NCBI GenBank assembly: GCA_050084985.1
Contig: JBITNC010000001.1
Coordinates: 180,916,001 to 180,980,000 of the forward strand
Source of the DNA: Nageia nagi
Lineage: Eukaryota > Plantae > Pinophyta
Length of the DNA stretch: 64,000 nt
Direction: 5' to 3'
Below are positions 62,262-64,000 of this stretch, in pieces. The notes below the pieces were generated by a model. It was given only the letters and a program-made list of their open reading frames with translations. It ran no database searches and was not told the DNA's origin. The translations under genes were made by a program, and so were the position numbers. Numbering within the stretch: position 1 is the stretch's first letter; the number at the start of each line of letters is the position of its first letter.

Positions 62262-64000
62262 TTTATTAATAAAAGGGCTAGAGCCTCAGGCCATTCACAT
62301 TGATGCCTTGATATTGTATCTAGTTATTTACTATTTTTTGCACTTGATGGCACTTGGCAGTATGAGACTTAGAAGTTATGAGTAGACGTTTGACATACAT
62401 TTTGTATATAGCTTTTTATTTCATATGTTTTTGTATATTGATGTTATGATTTATGAATATGAATTATGATCTACTATAATTTTCTTTAAATTTATGTTAT
62501 GAATGTGTTGTTGGATGATATGGCCCATATGGGAATGAATTTATGGAAATTAGATAAGCATATTCTATAGAAAAAAAATTGCATGTTTTTTTTTTTTCAT
62601 GTTTTTTTCCCATTTTTTTTTCCAAATTTTTGTTATTTTTAATGTTTTGGCCCAAAGCCATTTTTACTCCGAACCCAAATTTGTATACACCAGTATATAT
62701 ATCATTGATTTTCTTGGACAAAGCTGCAAATATTAACTTCTCCTAAGCTTGATTTAATGATTCACTATGGCAAAGCTCTTTTAATGAATAAACAACATCA
62801 AATGTTGTAGCTTTGAGAAAGTTAAATTCTAAAAGTGTTATATAAAATTAAAGGCGAAGTCTTGCAGTTTTCTAGAAGTAAATCAGCAAAGTTTTGTCCA
62901 ATAATGTAATTTTTATGGGAGTTATAGCAGTTGAGGGGCTCAAGACGTCAGTGTTGCACAACATAATCAAAATTTGTAACAAGCCATTCATCCATATCCA
63001 ATGGTTCCACAAGCTGACTATCAATTAGTATGCATTACATGTTGTGATATGTTTCCCATGTACTAAACATGGGAAGGTTTGATGGTAAAACAAAGGAACA
63101 AAGAAGGGAATTTAGATACAAAGGCTAGTGTCCATTCTCCAAGCCTTGAAAAATTATCATTGGACCATGTGCATCAAATATAAACAATGAAATACCGTTT
63201 TGAGTTTCACAAAGAACATGTCATAACTTGAGTAGAAAAATTAAAATTGCCCACAACATGACCTTATAAAGGTTAATCTAATAAACATAAGGGTCAATTA
63301 AATTGAAAAACTAAAACATGGCCTTTTGCATTACAAACACCTAAGCTACCACATAAAAGCAAGATTAGAGCAAACAAAAAAATTCTCAAGTAATAGAAAT
63401 ACTCTCCAAGGTTAGCCCTATACATCAATTTAGAAACCAATTTGAATGCATATTGTTTATTTGAAAAATCTTATGTTGGTTGGGTAACATTGACTCTGTT
63501 TGGGGAATCACTCCCCTTGGTATGTAAAGAATCGAAAGATTTAGTTAGTTCATGAAGAATAGAGACTTTGTCCCACAAATCAGTGGACCATAATGAAAAC
63601 AAAATAGGACTCTCTGCCCTCAAATATTAAGTCTACAGTTAACAACCCACCGTTGGCAAAGAATGAAAAAAATACAAAATGAACAGAATCACATTTGTGA
63701 TGAATTCCACCTACTTGGATAAACAATGCTTAACAGGAAATTGAAGCTATGTTGGCCTGATCATTGGCCACTTTTATTCATGTTTCATTTTAATGTATAT
63801 ATAATTATGTAAGGCTCAATCTGTAATAAGTGGAATAATCAAAGTTGTAACCAAGAAGTTAAATAATTTCCATTTGTCAAATGTAGTTTTCTATTCTTTG
63901 TTAACTGAAGTCGAATTGGCCTTTTAAAATTTACAATTGGAGTAAGGTATGTATGGTAACACATATCCAATACAAGATGAGCATTGATAGGCCCTCATGG

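Overview
Eukaryotic plant DNA. The very long TE-filled introns and the TE families suggest a gymnosperm (inference). The window holds six internal + strand exons of a ubiquitin-activating enzyme E1 (UBA1-like) gene: 2913-3028, 3334-3617, 5001-5067, 5322-5555, 31355-31492 and 35362-35487. One intron is 25.8 kb and another exceeds 28.5 kb, and both are filled with nested mobile elements. The E1 keeps its catalytic Cys but has the opisthokont-style PICTLKNFP motif, unusual substitutions in the adenylation domain and a GC-AG intron. The 25.8 kb intron holds a 269 bp TRIM, a Pack-MULE carrying an HMA/HIPP gene, two gag-protease-only LTR elements, solo LTRs, a PMD-like remnant and two orphan ORFs. 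The last intron holds two LINEs and three related giant solo-LTR-like units (6.85, ~5.67 and 4.69 kb). Each unit has TGTTG..CAACA ends and a 5-bp TSD, and carries a spliced-type homologous ORF, with motif arrays upstream in two of them. These gene-carrying giant LTRs are the best candidate for an undescribed system. All analysis was by eye; no database search was run.
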